From: Takakia lepidozioides
Lineage: Eukaryota > Plantae > Bryophyta
Reading direction: 5' to 3'
NCBI GenBank assembly: GCA_030704615.1
Contig: CM060733.1
Span: 21,514,001-21,578,000 of the forward strand
DNA: 64,000 nucleotides
The number at the start of each line of letters is the position of its first letter. Position 1 is the stretch's first letter. Below are positions 39,216 through 52,291 of this stretch, piece by piece. A model generated the notes under the pieces. The model searched no databases, had not been told where the DNA came from, and was given only the letters and a program-made list of their open reading frames with translations. The translations under genes were made by a program, and so were the position numbers.

Positions 39216-40190
39216 TGTCGAGCGGCTTTTACTCACCCATCCCTTCGCTATCCGAGGTGGAAACTCCAAGATAGAATAGTTGGATATTTCTAAGCACTCA
39301 GCCCGCTCAGTACAATCAGTCATGACCTACAGCTAGTGAATCATGGTTGTGCTTCCCATTTGTATTCCTTCTTGCCTTCATGTTATCAATTCACCTTATC
39401 TGATACTGAAGCATCAGATTGCTTCAGTATCTACTTAATTCCAATTAATCATGCATTCATTTCACAGCTTCACTCATGTCTCTCTACACAGTGTGCTTGT
39501 ATCGAATAAGTATCAGATTATAATTTATCATCAGGCCAATGCCATGGTGACTCTAATTTGCCCTATAGTTTCACTACAGCTTTGCATGTAACAAGCATCT
39601 ACTGTTCATCTCTCCTCCTTCTCCGTGCTCTCGTTCTGGCTCTCCGCCTGATCTCCTCTCATACATCACCAAGAAACGCTCCCCGTGAAGTGTGTCCTTC
39701 TTTCCGTTGCCGCTCTCCTTATCTGCCCGCAAGCTGTTCTAACCACCTAACTAATTAACCGTCATCCCTGAAGTAACACGTTCTTTCTGCAGATGTCGTT
39801 CCCTCACAGATAACTGTTCCCCATGTACTATGACAGGCTGTGTCAAGCTGTGCCGAGCTGTGACTGGCTGTGTAAGGCTGTATCGGCTGTGTCGGGCTGT
39901 GACTGGCTGTGTTGGGCTGTGTCGGGCTGTGTTGGCTGTGACGGGCTGTGCGAAACTGTGGCGGCTGTAACTGGCTGTGACGGGCTGTGTCGGGCTGTGA
40001 CTGGCTGTGTTGGGCTGTGGGAAGCTGTGGCGGGCTGTGACTGGCTGTGTCGGGCTGTGTTGGCTGTGTAACCCCCCTAAAGCCTGCTGCTGCCACCTCT
40101 AAGGCTCCTGTTGGTCTCAATCTGCGCAAAAATATAAGGGTACACCACATAACCCGTAAAAGCGTCTAAGTCCCAAGCAACCCTCTAACA
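39216..40190 (-). mobile_element. 3' LTR of copy A
   Basis: TGTTAGAGGG...GCTCGACA on the minus strand. Same family as 2982-3983 and contains the same CACAGCC repeat (39830-40070). Confidence 0.9.
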
Positions 40191-40229
40191 TTTATCCCTC
40201 CCCCTCTCAAAAAGCCGTGTCCTCACGGT

Positions 40230-43200
40230 TTACTGTTTGGGATTAGCAAACCTTTGTGAGCGAGCACGCTTCCGACGGTGAGAGTCTCGTGAAGGACTCC
40301 GTGTGCGAGCCCGAATCCTGTCACTGGTTGACGGAGATGATTGAGCACTACCTGGAAATGTCTGACCCTCCTTTGGCTGATAACGAGATAACCTCTCAGG
40401 CATAGGAGATCCCCGTCGTTTCTTCTCTGCCATCTGAAGTGCATAGTCCTCTGCCATGTCAAAAGAGTCCGCTGAAGAAACAGTAGTATCAGAATCCTCG
40501 TCGCCCCTCAGGTGTTTTAACGGCCGAACTTTAAGTGGAATCCTGTGTGGCATACAATGTTGTCCAACCATATCTGGAAGTTTAAATTGTACAACTTGTT
40601 GTAAGCGTTGGCACGTAAAATTAGTGAACGTCCTGAACTCCTTATCTGTATAGGTAAGAGGTGTGCCAATGACTTGGGAACAGTGCAAGTATTTCCATGC
40701 CTCATGTCCCTTAAAGAAAATATCCTCAGGGCCGAATTTCTGTGTTGTCAAATTGTTCCAAGCCAAATGAAACCATGAACGAAGTTGGGAATCCTTCTGC
40801 ATCATAACTTTTGCATCATATAGGTACATATGAGGTGGCACTGAAGGTAAGACCCAATGATCCCCACTGGAATAACTCAGAAATCACGATTGCATCTTCT
40901 GCTGCTCAATGTGATATCGTGCCAGAAAACAAGCAGCATAGTATAATCCACAGCCCATGACAATACTTGATACCTCATTGGTTTTGGTATAAATGTACCC
41001 ATGTACAACTTGGAAAACAATTAATTCATTCAACATGGTACCTGCTTCAGACTAGTACCTCGCAAAGTGATGATCCTCAATGGGTCGATTGTTCGGAAAG
41101 TCCTTAGTCATAGTCGCCACTGGCAGCCAAATGCGCATGATCTGGTAGTAATGAGCCAACGACTATGGCGGACTAAAATCCTTCCAAGCCAAATCCAACA
41201 CAATGGGAATTTGGTTGAAGGGCATAATCATAGCCCGATTGTACTCTCGTGCAGCAGGAGTCTTAGGTGGGTTAAAAGCAGCATCCCCCCATACCTCAGG
41301 CTGTGGTGTGGCTGTAGTAACAACAGGGTCAGCTACCCGCACAGTCACTTGCTGTGGTATTGGTACCACTGGCATCTCCTGCACCCCTTGCGAAGAAGAC
41401 TGAAAAATTAGAGTTCTGGCATGTAAATAAGTAGCCATCAACTGCTCCTCAGGTACAAAAACTCTCTTGTCAATATTTCAACTCAGGTCATCCACCTGAG
41501 TCTGCAGGCCTTCTACATCCTCCTGTAGCTCCGCTATTCGACTATAGACATTGTCTATAGTAGTTGTGGCAATGTTCTGCACCTGCAGTCTGAGCTCATT
41601 CATCTCGCCCTGGGTGAGCTTCCGTGGTGCTTTGTCTTCCACCGGCCCTTGTGCTAACCAGACCTGCATAAGGTGGTTATCCACCAAATCGTGCGTGGCA
41701 CCCCTGAGAGTCTGCTCCTCTGTGAGCCTGTATACATCTAACTGCTGCTGTAAAGCCTCCATGCGCTTTGCATAAGGTTCAACCAAACTCGCATAGGCAG
41801 CAGCCAGATTATTGGCTTCCTTCCAAGCCTTATTAGCCACAGAGAGTTCATTTCTATTGACCATGACTGTTTGTTGCAACTCCAGGATGTACCTCTCTTG
41901 GTCAGCCTCAACCTGTCTGCATTGCTTGAAAGTATTCTCATTGCGATAGATTGTATTCTTCATATCAACAATGAGTTTCGTCTGCTCGATTATCTCTGCC
42001 TCTGCCTTCATACATCTCTCCCCTTGTCTGTTAACTTCTAATGCAGTTTGCTCAAGAGTAGTTGTGAGTGTAGCACATTGTATGGTCATCCTCTCATGTA
42101 CTGCCTGCAACTCCGTATGTAGTGCATTCACTTCTTGCAACTTGCTCTCATGCTTCACCTGCATTTGGTATAACTGTTGCTTATGTGCTTCATGCAACTG
42201 GTCCTGCTCGAGGCCGGCTTCAATCAGATGTCCCTTGGCCAAGTGCAAAACAGCCTTTGTGTCCTCTAACTCTTGCTGTAACTTGAGATTGACCTCCTCA
42301 TCTACCTTGTTAGCACACTCAGTGGCAAGTCGAGCCTCAAACTCCTTCCTGAGTTCCTCCCTCAAAGCTGCCAATTGGGTAGATGGAACATGGGATTTCA
42401 CATAAGTGCCCAACAAATTAAGTGTTCTGCTTATGGAACTCATAAGCATGGCCTGCTGAGGGTCATCATGGTGAGCTTGTTGCTGTTCTCCCTGATCCTC
42501 CACAGTGTGATGCCTCACCAACCATTCAGGCCATTGCCCCACCAGATTTTCTTCCTGAACCACCTCATCCGCCACAGATGATTCCCTTACCAAGCCAGAG
42601 TTTTCATAGAGAAGGTCACCCTTCTCAATTTCGGCCACAACCTGCTCTGTAGTGGGAATGTCCAACCTTTCTCCTTCCAGAGCAATTGGGGGTGAAGTCA
42701 CAGCATGTAGTAACTGTGGAACCTCCAAAACATCTGAGTCAATTGGTTGTGTTGGCTATGGTATCGAATTGTCTTCCTCTTCTCTCTCTGAAGGCCGTGC
42801 TTCCAATAATAACAGCTCTCTGTGCTGCTGTGCCTCATCCTCCACAAGAGCTTTGGAAACATTATCGTGCGGTTTCCGTGAAGCCAGTGGATCCGCCACT
42901 ACAGTCATACCCCGCCTCTGTCTCTTAGATTGGTGTTGCCCTGCCAGTCCACCCTCATTGTATGAAGAGCCCTGCTCTTCAATTGCAGTGGTTTCTGCCT
43001 CAAACACTCTCATCTCCTTACGTTCCCGAGTATGAGTATGCAAGAATCAAGAATTATTTGGGCAATGACTCGACCGGACACAATGATCGGAGACTTAGCA
43101 GCAGTGCCCTGTAACCTCTTCATCTCGTCCACCAATCCGTTGTACATTAACTCCGCCCAAGCGACATCTTCTCCCCTCAAAGCTTTCAGGATCTCCTCTG

Positions 43201-43717
43201 TGAATGACCTGCTCAAATACTGTTGGTTCTGTTTCATGGCAAACATAACGTTCAATATTTGGCCAACTTCCCTAAGCCCTGGGTCGGCTTTGGTACAAGC
43301 GTAACCTTGAGTTTTAAAGAAACTCCCTTCTTGGAACAAATTCCCTATCGGCAATCTTGCCCTGTGCTCATCCACATCCACATGCCCTGATGGCAAATCA
43401 AACAATTGCTGCAGGTACTGGGGAGTAATTTCTATATCTACTCCCCTCACCTGAGTAACTCCCGTCCGAGGCTCAAAATTCTGAAGAAATTGTATCATGA
43501 ATTGCCGATGATGCAAGGACCAGTCCTTGCATAGCAGCCCCTCCAATCGCAACTCCCTTAGCAGTTGTACTGCCTGCGGTGCTGCAATTGTTTGCTTCTG
43601 CAGTATCGTGGTGCTCTTCACCCTGATATCCTCCATTCCCCTCACTCTCTTCATTCTAGACAAACAGAAAGGCTTTGTTTGAAATAGCTGAATGAAAGCT
43701 TGCAGGGCACAGAGCAT
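40230..43717 (-). pseudogene. Extra (env-like position) ORF: Athila-ORF2-like N-terminus, long coiled coil, SR-rich tail
   Basis: FMIQFLQNF...VRGVDIEITPQYLQQLFDLP resembles the EFYAN..VRG..I motif. 41478..42728 is rich in E/Q/L/K. C-terminus DRIRARTRSPSRDSHRRKR. Confidence 0.65.
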
Positions 43718-46700
43718 GAAGGTATGGTTGGCACAGAATGGAACAGGTAAGTGCGTGTAAGCCTATGGGGCTTGCAAGTAACGAGTGAGAGAAAATGTAT
43801 TCTCAATGCTTCCGTCCTTGCGCCATTGCGTGAGAAGTAAAGCGAGTGTGTAATCGGTTACATCTGCCATAGCTACCAGGCTAGTTCTTTGATTGCCCCT
43901 TCCGTCGAGAACTTGGCTATTCAGAGCCACTCCGACTCTTCGGCTCATAACACTTCCTATTTCTTGTTCGGGAACCACCTGCATGTAATTCTCACTCCTG
44001 ATTGGTGTGGACTGCTTAGATAATTCCTTAATTCCACCCCCCTCCATGGACATTTCCACCTGGAATGTCCAGTAGGACAGCACATGTGGCATAGGTTTCC
44101 CTTTTCTGAACTCGAAAAGGGTTCCGTTACCCTGACACTGAATTCATTAATGGGCCCACAATTAGTATTAGTTGTTGTACCGGGTAGGTACTTTGACGGC
44201 CCGATTTGTCCTCTTGCATGATGAAACTCACTTTTGCAATCAATGCAGCGCGGTGTGCTTCGCCTTAGCCGCCACGTGTCCGTTTCTAAACATGCCCCCG
44301 TCTTCCCCTCTCCGCGTGGCACATTCTCCAAGTTTGACTTCCAAACTTTTTCTTCACTTGATGGCCACTTTTCTAACGTTAATTTGCGTCCACCTGTCAC
44401 TGACCCTATGGACTGTGTAATCTGTATGGGCTGTGTTGGGCTATGATAGGCTGTGTGGCACTGTGATGGGCTGTGATAGGCTATGTTACGCTGTGATGGG
44501 CTGTGATAGGCTGTGTCACGCTGTGATAAGCTGTGTGACGATGTGATGGGCTGTGAAAGGTATGCGAACACCTGTAGTTCCCGCCCTGGTCATATATGCT
44601 CGGCTTAGTGACAAGTGCTCCATACTCCGTTAATATCACTGGCGCAGCCCGTGACTGCTTTTGCGTTTCAACATGCAAATCGTGCTGCAATGGTTTGTCA
44701 TGGATACCACTGTACCCCTTCAACTTATTGGCATTGACTCTTCCCAGCATCTCTTTGTTAATGGTTTGAAACATGGCTGTGTTGTTATCATACATCTTCT
44801 GTATGACATAAGGTCCCTTCCATGGTGATTTAAGCTTAGAAGCTTTAATCTTCCCCTTCTTCTGCAACCAGAAAACCAAATCTCCCGTCTTAAAAGTCTT
44901 TAATTTGCCCTCATCAAACTGTTCCTTCCTCTTCATCTGAATTTTGGTCATGTTATCAGCTGCATCAGCACGTACTTCTTCCACATGGTATAATTCATGT
45001 TTCCTGACCTTAATTGAATCTTCCAATTCCATTCTCTTTCCCCATTCAGTTTTCATGGTAGGTAACAAGAATTCCACTGGAAGTAAAGCTTCCATACCAT
45101 AAACTAATTGGAATGGTGTATACTTAGTGGTGACTTTATATGAAGTCCTGTATGACCACAAAGTTGTCAGCAGCTTTGTATCCCAATCCGTTCTGTTTGC
45201 ATTGACTATCTTAGCCAAGATAGTACATAGTATTTTGTTGGTAGCCTCTGCCTGCCCATTACCCTATGGGTAATACGTTGTACTCTTCCTATGCATGAAC
45301 TCTTTAGTCAATAGTTCAATGGTCTCATTAATGAAGTGACTTCCCTTGTCACTGATAAATTCCAAGGGACAGCCAAATCGTGTAAGTATGTTCTCATACA
45401 GGAACCTTGTTGTGGACTTTGCTGTGTTGTCCCTCAGAGCTTTAGCTTCCACCCACTTCGTAGTATAATCAGTGGCTGTAATTATGTACTTGTTCTGTGT
45501 ATTCTTGGCCGGTGGGTTAATTGGTCCAACAAAGTCTAGTCCCCATTTCTGAAATGGTTCAGTAGGCATCGTAGAATGCAAAGCCATCTTCCCAGATCTC
45601 TGCAAAGGTCCTAGCCTCTGACATTCATCACAACTCTGACAATACTTGTGTACATCTTTGAACAAAGTAGGCCACCAGTAACCTGCAAGTAGTATCTTCC
45701 TACTGGTAGTCTCTTCTCCAAAATGACCTCCAGCCACTCCTTTATGAACTTCCTCCAAGACTTTATTAACTTCATGGTGGTACAAGCATCGTTTAAGTAC
45801 TCCATCAGGTCCTAGCTTATACATTCTACCCCCTACCATAGTATAAGGTAAAGCCTTGATAGCGATTCTCTTCCTCTGCTTCTTACCCTAACTAGGTGGG
45901 CACTGACCATGAGTAAGGTAGTATCTGATTGGCCACTGCCAATCTAACCATTCATCTGCACTTCCTTGCACCTCCATTGCAAATAAACTCGCATCAGGTA
46001 ATTGGTCGTCTACTCTTGTGGCGGGCTCTCCTGTTGTTAAGCATGACAAATGATCTGCCACAAGATGCAAACGGCTAGGCTTGTAAACAACTTCAAACTC
46101 AAACTCGTGCAAGATTATTAACTACCTTGTTATCCTTCCACTTATCAAAGGTTTGTTCACCAGATATATCAGAGCCTGGTGATCCACATAAAACATAAAC
46201 TTTCTTCCCAATAGGTAATGCCTGAATTTCTTGACTGCATCAATCATTGCCAGTGCTTCTCTTTCAGTTGTGCTATAGTTCATTTCAGCACTGTTCATCA
46301 ACCTGCTAGCATAGTACACATGTGAATCTATATTTCCTGTAACATTTTGGGCTAACACCACTCCCAACGCTTCTCCTGAGGCATCACAGTGAACATAAAA
46401 TACTACATGCCAGTGAGGGTTAATCAGCACAGGTGTAGTTGTTACTGACAATGTAAGTTCCTCAAAAGCCTGTTGACATTCAGCTGTCCATGCAAACACT
46501 GCATCTTTCTTCAGAAGCTTGCTCAATGGTGCTGCTATCTGTGCATACCTTTTGACAAATCTTCTGTAATAACTGGTTTGTCCAAGGAATCTCCTTAGAC
46601 TCTTAACATTTACTGGTGGTGGAGAGTCTTTAATGGCCTCTGTCTTCCTGGGATCCACAAGAAGTCACCTCTTACACACAATGTGTCCCAAAAGCACCCC

Positions 46701-47088
46701 GGAGTTCACACAGAAAGTACACTTCTCTGGATTCAGGCCCAGACCTCTCATTGCATCTGGCCAAACATAATTCCAATTTATGCAAGTGCTCATTCTTAGA
46801 GCTGTACACACTGAAATCATCCAAGAACACCTGCATGAAATCATCCAGATACTCATGAAAAGATTCACTTATCACTCTCTGAAAGGTTGCGGGTGCATTA
46901 CAAAGTCCAAAATGCATGACTTTGTATGCATAAGCACCCCAGTCTGTGATGAAAGCTGTCTTTCCCTGGTCTTCTTCTGCCACTTATAATCACTGATGCT
47001 TGCACAAAGAAAGATCATTTCCCTTTGCCATTCACAGAAGCGGTATTGGATACTGTGGCAGGCCATGAGATGTACTCATTCATGGATG

Positions 47089-47522
47089 AGACTTTCAAAG
47101 TTGGTAAACAGAGGTACAGACACAATTCCCTTGATAGATTTGAAGAGAGCATCTCTTTGGTGAGAGGACCCTGGACAGTGTATCAGAAAATGTGTACAGT
47201 CTTCAGATTGCCCACACAACGGGCAATTGCACTCTCCCTTTCCTCTCTGCTTCTGTCTGATGTTCAAAGGTAGGCTTCTTGTCCTGAGTTTAAATTTCAG
47301 TCTAGTGCCGAGAGTGGGTAGACCCTTGAGGTCATCCAAGATGTCCTCCCCCATGTCACTGACTGGAAACAAGTTCAGGGAAGTTTTTTGCCTAACTTCA
47401 TTTTCATCAGACAATCTCATGGCAATAGACATGGCTTTGGACACTACAGCCTCTAAGTCAGATTTATCAACCCATATTGCAGATCCGTACTCCAAGGCAG
47501 GTCTAATAATGCGACAAAGCAT
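47089..47522 (-). mobile_element. LINE 3' fragment (same family as 22.7-26.4 kb)
   Basis: Near-identical to 22985-23365. Also has IRPALEYGSAIW, which the long copy lacks. Confidence 0.9.
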
Positions 47523-47809
47523 GGTTTTCTTAACCTCAGAGTTGACCCCTCTACAGAAAAAGTTAAAAAGAGAGGGGGGAGATATTCATGTCATGTCAAG
47601 ACATGGACAAGACCAACTAGGGTCATTGTCAATTAAAGACATAAACAGCCCCATGACAGGGCACCATCTACCATTTCCAGTCTTGTCATAACACACCAAG
47701 TGACGCCACCCATTCAGTCATGATAAAACAGGGTGGGAGGGCGGGGTATGTTCATAATCACATTCCTGTCATGTACCCAAGTGACCCTTATGCACAATAT
47801 AAGTCAGAT

Positions 47810-49352
47810 TGCAGACTCAGATTACATCATCCATAGTTATCCATAAGATATGCACCATGCAATATATCATGGGCATATAAGAGTATCTTGCCACATTACA
47901 GATCCAGGATATGCACACACAAGTACCTTGAGGTGATCCAAGACAAGCATTATGCAAAGTAGGTAAGAACAGTCTGCCTTGCAACACATTTACTGAGTGT
48001 TCACATCGGCAGCAGGAAGGACCAGCCTGCAATTAATAACACTTCAAGCCTGCCACCAAGTACACTTCTTGGGCAAGGTAAGCAATATTACAGCTTCACA
48101 TTTGGCCAAATGTAAGCACCCCAAAAGATGCATCTTGCAAAGCCTTCTGGGTATGTAAGAACAGTCTGTCATTGTATATATTCAGGACCTGTGCACATAT
48201 GACTCTTGCATGGAAGAAAGGTTTGTCTTGTCACAACATCCAGATCTGGACACACATACACTTTGAGTGTCCAAGACCAAGCCCACTTGGCCAAGATAAA
48301 TCAAACAATGCAGGTGGCTGTTCAAATGGCAAAATAGAGTAAATAATCATTGGCCAGAGTCCTTTAGAGCTTACCGTCATTGTATCATAGGAGGCTAATG
48401 CCATGTTTTGCAAATAGAACCTCACTATGCTCCATTCCACAACAAAACCAGGTCTGAAAACGGCCTGTCACTGCCTTATCAGGCTGTCTTCTTTAACAAA
48501 ACTCAGGGCTCCTCATCCTTTTAGCAAAACAACCATTTATGACTTGTCCCTTACATCATCAATCCTCTTTTAAGGCCAAAAAGAAGGGGAACCAAGTCTA
48601 AAAATCCACAGGCAAAGTTGTCAAAGACTCAAGACAAGGTAGGATTCATATGCAGTGCTGCATGAGACAAGGCTGCCAGGCCAAAGTGCTCCATCAGCAG
48701 CAGCAAAAGATAAGTCAAAAGCAAGCATTGTCATGTCAAACCGGGAGCAAGCGGGCCGAAATTGGGGCTGCAAGCAGCAGCATGTTCCTTTTGCACATAT
48801 CCTCATCTGCAAGCTCAAGAGAATTCAAAGTAGGTAGGGATCCTCACCTGGTCCCATCACAAGCCCCCACAAAAACCAATGGGTTAGTGAGGATTGTGGA
48901 ACCCCAGATGAATCACAGACCCCTACACTTGTTATCGATGTCAACTAAGAACCCCAAGAGACAAGAGAGCAAGATATGAAGTAAAAGGAACCCTAATCGT
49001 CAAAAACACCTTGAGCGATTGGGGAAGGTAACACTACGCCATCGCCACCAACATGCCACCTCCAGCACAGCTAAGGAGAAGCGAAGCATACAAATGCAAT
49101 GTCTAAGAAGGGAGAGGGAGCGATATACTTTCCCACCAAAGCGCTGTTGCAAAACATAAAAGCCAGAGGAGGGAAAGGGATGATGCCATCACAACAGGTT
49201 CTCCCGCTTGTGAGAAGAGACAAGACGCCGCCATTGCACATCCCCAGGAGCTCGTCCGGCATGAAGTAGCAGACAGGGTAGCAGCAGGGCTCAGACGCCA
49301 TAACTCGCGAGCTCAGCAGCACGAGAAATGCAGCTGACAGCGGGAGAGACAC
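47810..49352 (-). pseudogene. Highly degenerate gene remnant, possibly PLS-PPR
   Basis: Faint motifs only (ACSRFDM, GALWPG..V, RLF...L.NAC.G). Confidence 0.25.
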
Positions 49353-49359
49353 CCTAGGG

Positions 49360-50070
49360 CAGAGCCCGATTTTTCATCCGTAGGATGAATAATCGATACC
49401 CTTTCTCTTAAGAACCCGACGGATGTCATCCGTTAGCTAGGTTTATAGTGTAGGAGTTAGGGTTTCACTCCTTAATTAGCAATAATTAAGGGTAATTAGA
49501 AAACTCTCCATGGCCATCATAAGCTGCTTTTTTCATCCGGTCCAGATGAAAAAATAAATAGGTTCATTTGTTTGGATGAGGTCCATCAGCAGGATGATAA
49601 TTAGTATCAATCATCCAGGGCATCGGTTTTTCATCCTAACAGGTAATTCGTCATCCCTTAAGAGAAAGCCTCATCCAGTACGGAAAAAAAAAACGTAAAA
49701 GGGGAAATAAAACGAATTCAGATCCTGGTATTTTTCATCCGGCATGGATGGAAAAATTATAGATAGGATGCCAGTGTCATAACCCTTATGGAGGTAATTC
49801 CTCATTCTCTGGTGACCCATCTGATATAGATGAAAGTCAATAAAAGAGGAATGAAAAATTATAAGTCATTTTTAAAGGTACTTTAGTGTCCACCCAGGTG
49901 ATTCTTCCGGTATAGATAGAAGACCTTTACAAGTCGGGTGAAAACATTTTTTAGAGTCCATCTGGTATAGATGGAAAATCATGAAAAGAACACTGATGCA
50001 ACCGGCCAGTTCTGAGGAGGGAGACAGAGGGAGAGAGGGGGCAACAATGAAAAAAAATGGGTTGGGGGGG
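49360..50070. mobile_element. Non-autonomous DNA-transposon-like sequence with CATCC/GGATG repeats
   Basis: Begins CAGAGCCCG and contains many TCATCC/GGATGA motifs. Its distal part is duplicated at 38850-39215. Confidence 0.45.
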
Positions 50071-50074
50071 GGTT

Positions 50075-51335
50075 GGAGGTCAGATGGTGGGGTCAGCTGC
50101 AGCATATGTCCAACACCAGATATCCTAAGTTAATCGACTCTATATCTTGGAAAAAGGACTGCCCACCGACCGGTCAATCCTGGCAGAAGACAGTAGAAGA
50201 GATTCTCAAGGACCTGGACCTGGAACCGCAAGTCTTCACCCTGCTGGATAAATCTGACTTAGAGGCTGTAGTGTCCAACCATGTCTGTTGCCATGAGATT
50301 GTCTGATGAAAATGAAGTTAGGCAAAAAACTTCCCTGAACTTGTTTCCAGTCAGTGACATGGGGGAGGACATCTTGGATGACCTCAAGGGTCTACCCACT
50401 CTCGGCACTAGACTGAAATTTAAACTCAGGGCAGGAAGCCTACCTTTGAACAGCAAATAGTAGCAGAGAGGAAAGGGAGAGTGCAATTGCCCGTTGTGTG
50501 GGCAATCTGAAGACAATACTCATTTTCTGATACACTGTCCGGGGTTCTCTCACCAAAGAGACGCTCTCTTCAAATCTATCAAGGGAATTGTGCATGTACC
50601 TCTGTTTACTAACTTTGAAAGTCTCGAGGCTGAGCCAAAAGCCCAGCCCCTTCTGAGGCCTAGTTTTTGGGCATCTCACTTACAGCAGATTGATGCTTGT
50701 GTTGAAGGGATTTGTAGAGGATATATGGAAAACCCGGATTAATTCTATATGTGAAGGTAAGTCTTACTACCAACGTCAGCCCCTGACAGAGGTAGGATCT
50801 GTCCCTTTTGTTTCCCCAAGAGAGGGGGCAACAAAGAAAAACAGAGAATGTGGGGGGGGGGGAGTGACTGAGCAGCAGCAGCTCTCTTTTAAGCTCCCGA
50901 CACCCTCAATTCAAGGTCAGATGGTGGGTTCAGCTGCAACATATGTCCAACACCAGATATCCTAAGTTAATCGACTCTATATCTTGGAAACAGGACCGCC
51001 CTGTCAAACAGGGTGAGCCCTGGGAGAAGAGAGTAAAAGAGATTCTCAAGGATCTGAATCTGGACCCGCAAGTCTTGACCTTGCTGGATAAACCTGACTT
51101 AGAGAGTGTAGTGTCCAAAGCCATGTTTGTTACCAAAACATTGTCCGATGAAAATGAAGTTAGGAAGAAAACTTCCCTGAACTTGTTTCCAGTCTGTGAC
51201 ATGGGGGAGGACATCATGGATGCGCTCAAGGGTCTATCCCACTCTTGGCACCAGACCTAAATTTAAAGTCAGGGCAGGAAGACTACCTTTGAACAATAAA
51301 CAGAAGCAGAGAGGAAAGGGAGAGTGAAATTTCCC
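50075..51335 (+). mobile_element. Two tandem LINE 3' fragments (50075-50815, 50915-51335)
   Basis: RWWGQLQHMSNTRYPKLIDSISWK...CPLCGQSEDNTHFLIHCP, homologous to 22790-23520. Confidence 0.9.
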
Positions 51336-51769
51336 TGACGTACCTCTGCTGTTGCTGGTGCTTGAAGCGAGCTGGCGCGGCGAGCTGCTGCAGTGTTGTC
51401 GCGGCTGCCAGCGGCGCGGGTCCCGCCGCTGCAGGGCATCTCTCCCCCGCTCACCACGGCTCTCTCTCTCTCTCTTCAGCTCGTTAGGTCGCGCCTCTGC
51501 ACGGCGTTCCTACCACACAGGGGAGAGAGACATCAGCCCGTGCTTAGGGCAAGAAAAAAGACAGAAAGTGAGGGAGGAGGCGGTGCTTACCTTGGGCGTT
51601 GGAGCAGCGTTGGGGCAAACTCCTTGGGGCCTTGCGACCACCTCGGGCTCAGCAGCAAGTGCGTTTCTCCTCCACCCTAAACCCCACTCTCTGAACTACC
51701 TCTCTCCCAAAGAACAAACGAAAAAAGGAGGGAAAGAGATGCTTCAAGCACTTAGGGAAAAAAAAAAGG

Positions 51770-51975
51770 CGCGGCGCCCACGTGCGACGCCCGGCCGTTG
51801 CACGCCTGCGCCCGCCCTTTTTTTGAAATGTAAAAGTGAAGTTTGCGACGGCTGGCCGTCGTTTTTTGCGACCCCCGGCCATAAATATAATAAAAAAAAC
51901 GTCGCCCCCCGCGACGGCTATCCGTCGCGGGGTGCGACCCCAGGGTAAAAAACAGACCACCGAGGCGGCGACCGC
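51770..51975. repeat. GCGACG repeat block of CACTA type
   Basis: Same motif and poly-A/T spacing as 35620-36160 (aaaacgtcgcccc, gcgacccc). Confidence 0.75.
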
Positions 51976-52291
51976 ATGTTGTTGAAAAACATTACAAGAA
52001 GAACAAGATTGCGGATGCGGCAAATGTGAGTGTTTTTCCCACCCCTCTCATTAAGATTCATTCAAGGTACATTTAGGTTTATCTAATAATATAGTATGAT
52101 TGGTAAGCATACATGAATCAAAATTACGACATAAGTATTGATGCGTTGTTCACTACGCACATTGCAGCCACGACTTGATGCCCAAGCTCACAATCATATT
52201 GCAGAGGAGGCATTTCGCGTTGGTCTACTTGCAGAATTTGTACCAGAGCATGTGCCCGATGTGACCAGTTGGTTCCCCCAACAGCACGTAG

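Larger units (their letters stand above)
39216..46996 (-). mobile_element. Ty3/gypsy element copy A (5'-truncated): RT-RNaseH-INT, tandem repeat spacer, long env-like/extra ORF, PPT, 3' LTR
   Basis: [51 protein letters not shown]. Extra ORF pieces span 43717-40230. PPT GAGAGGGGGAGGGATAAA at 40191-40208. Multiple stops and frameshifts. Confidence 0.95.
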
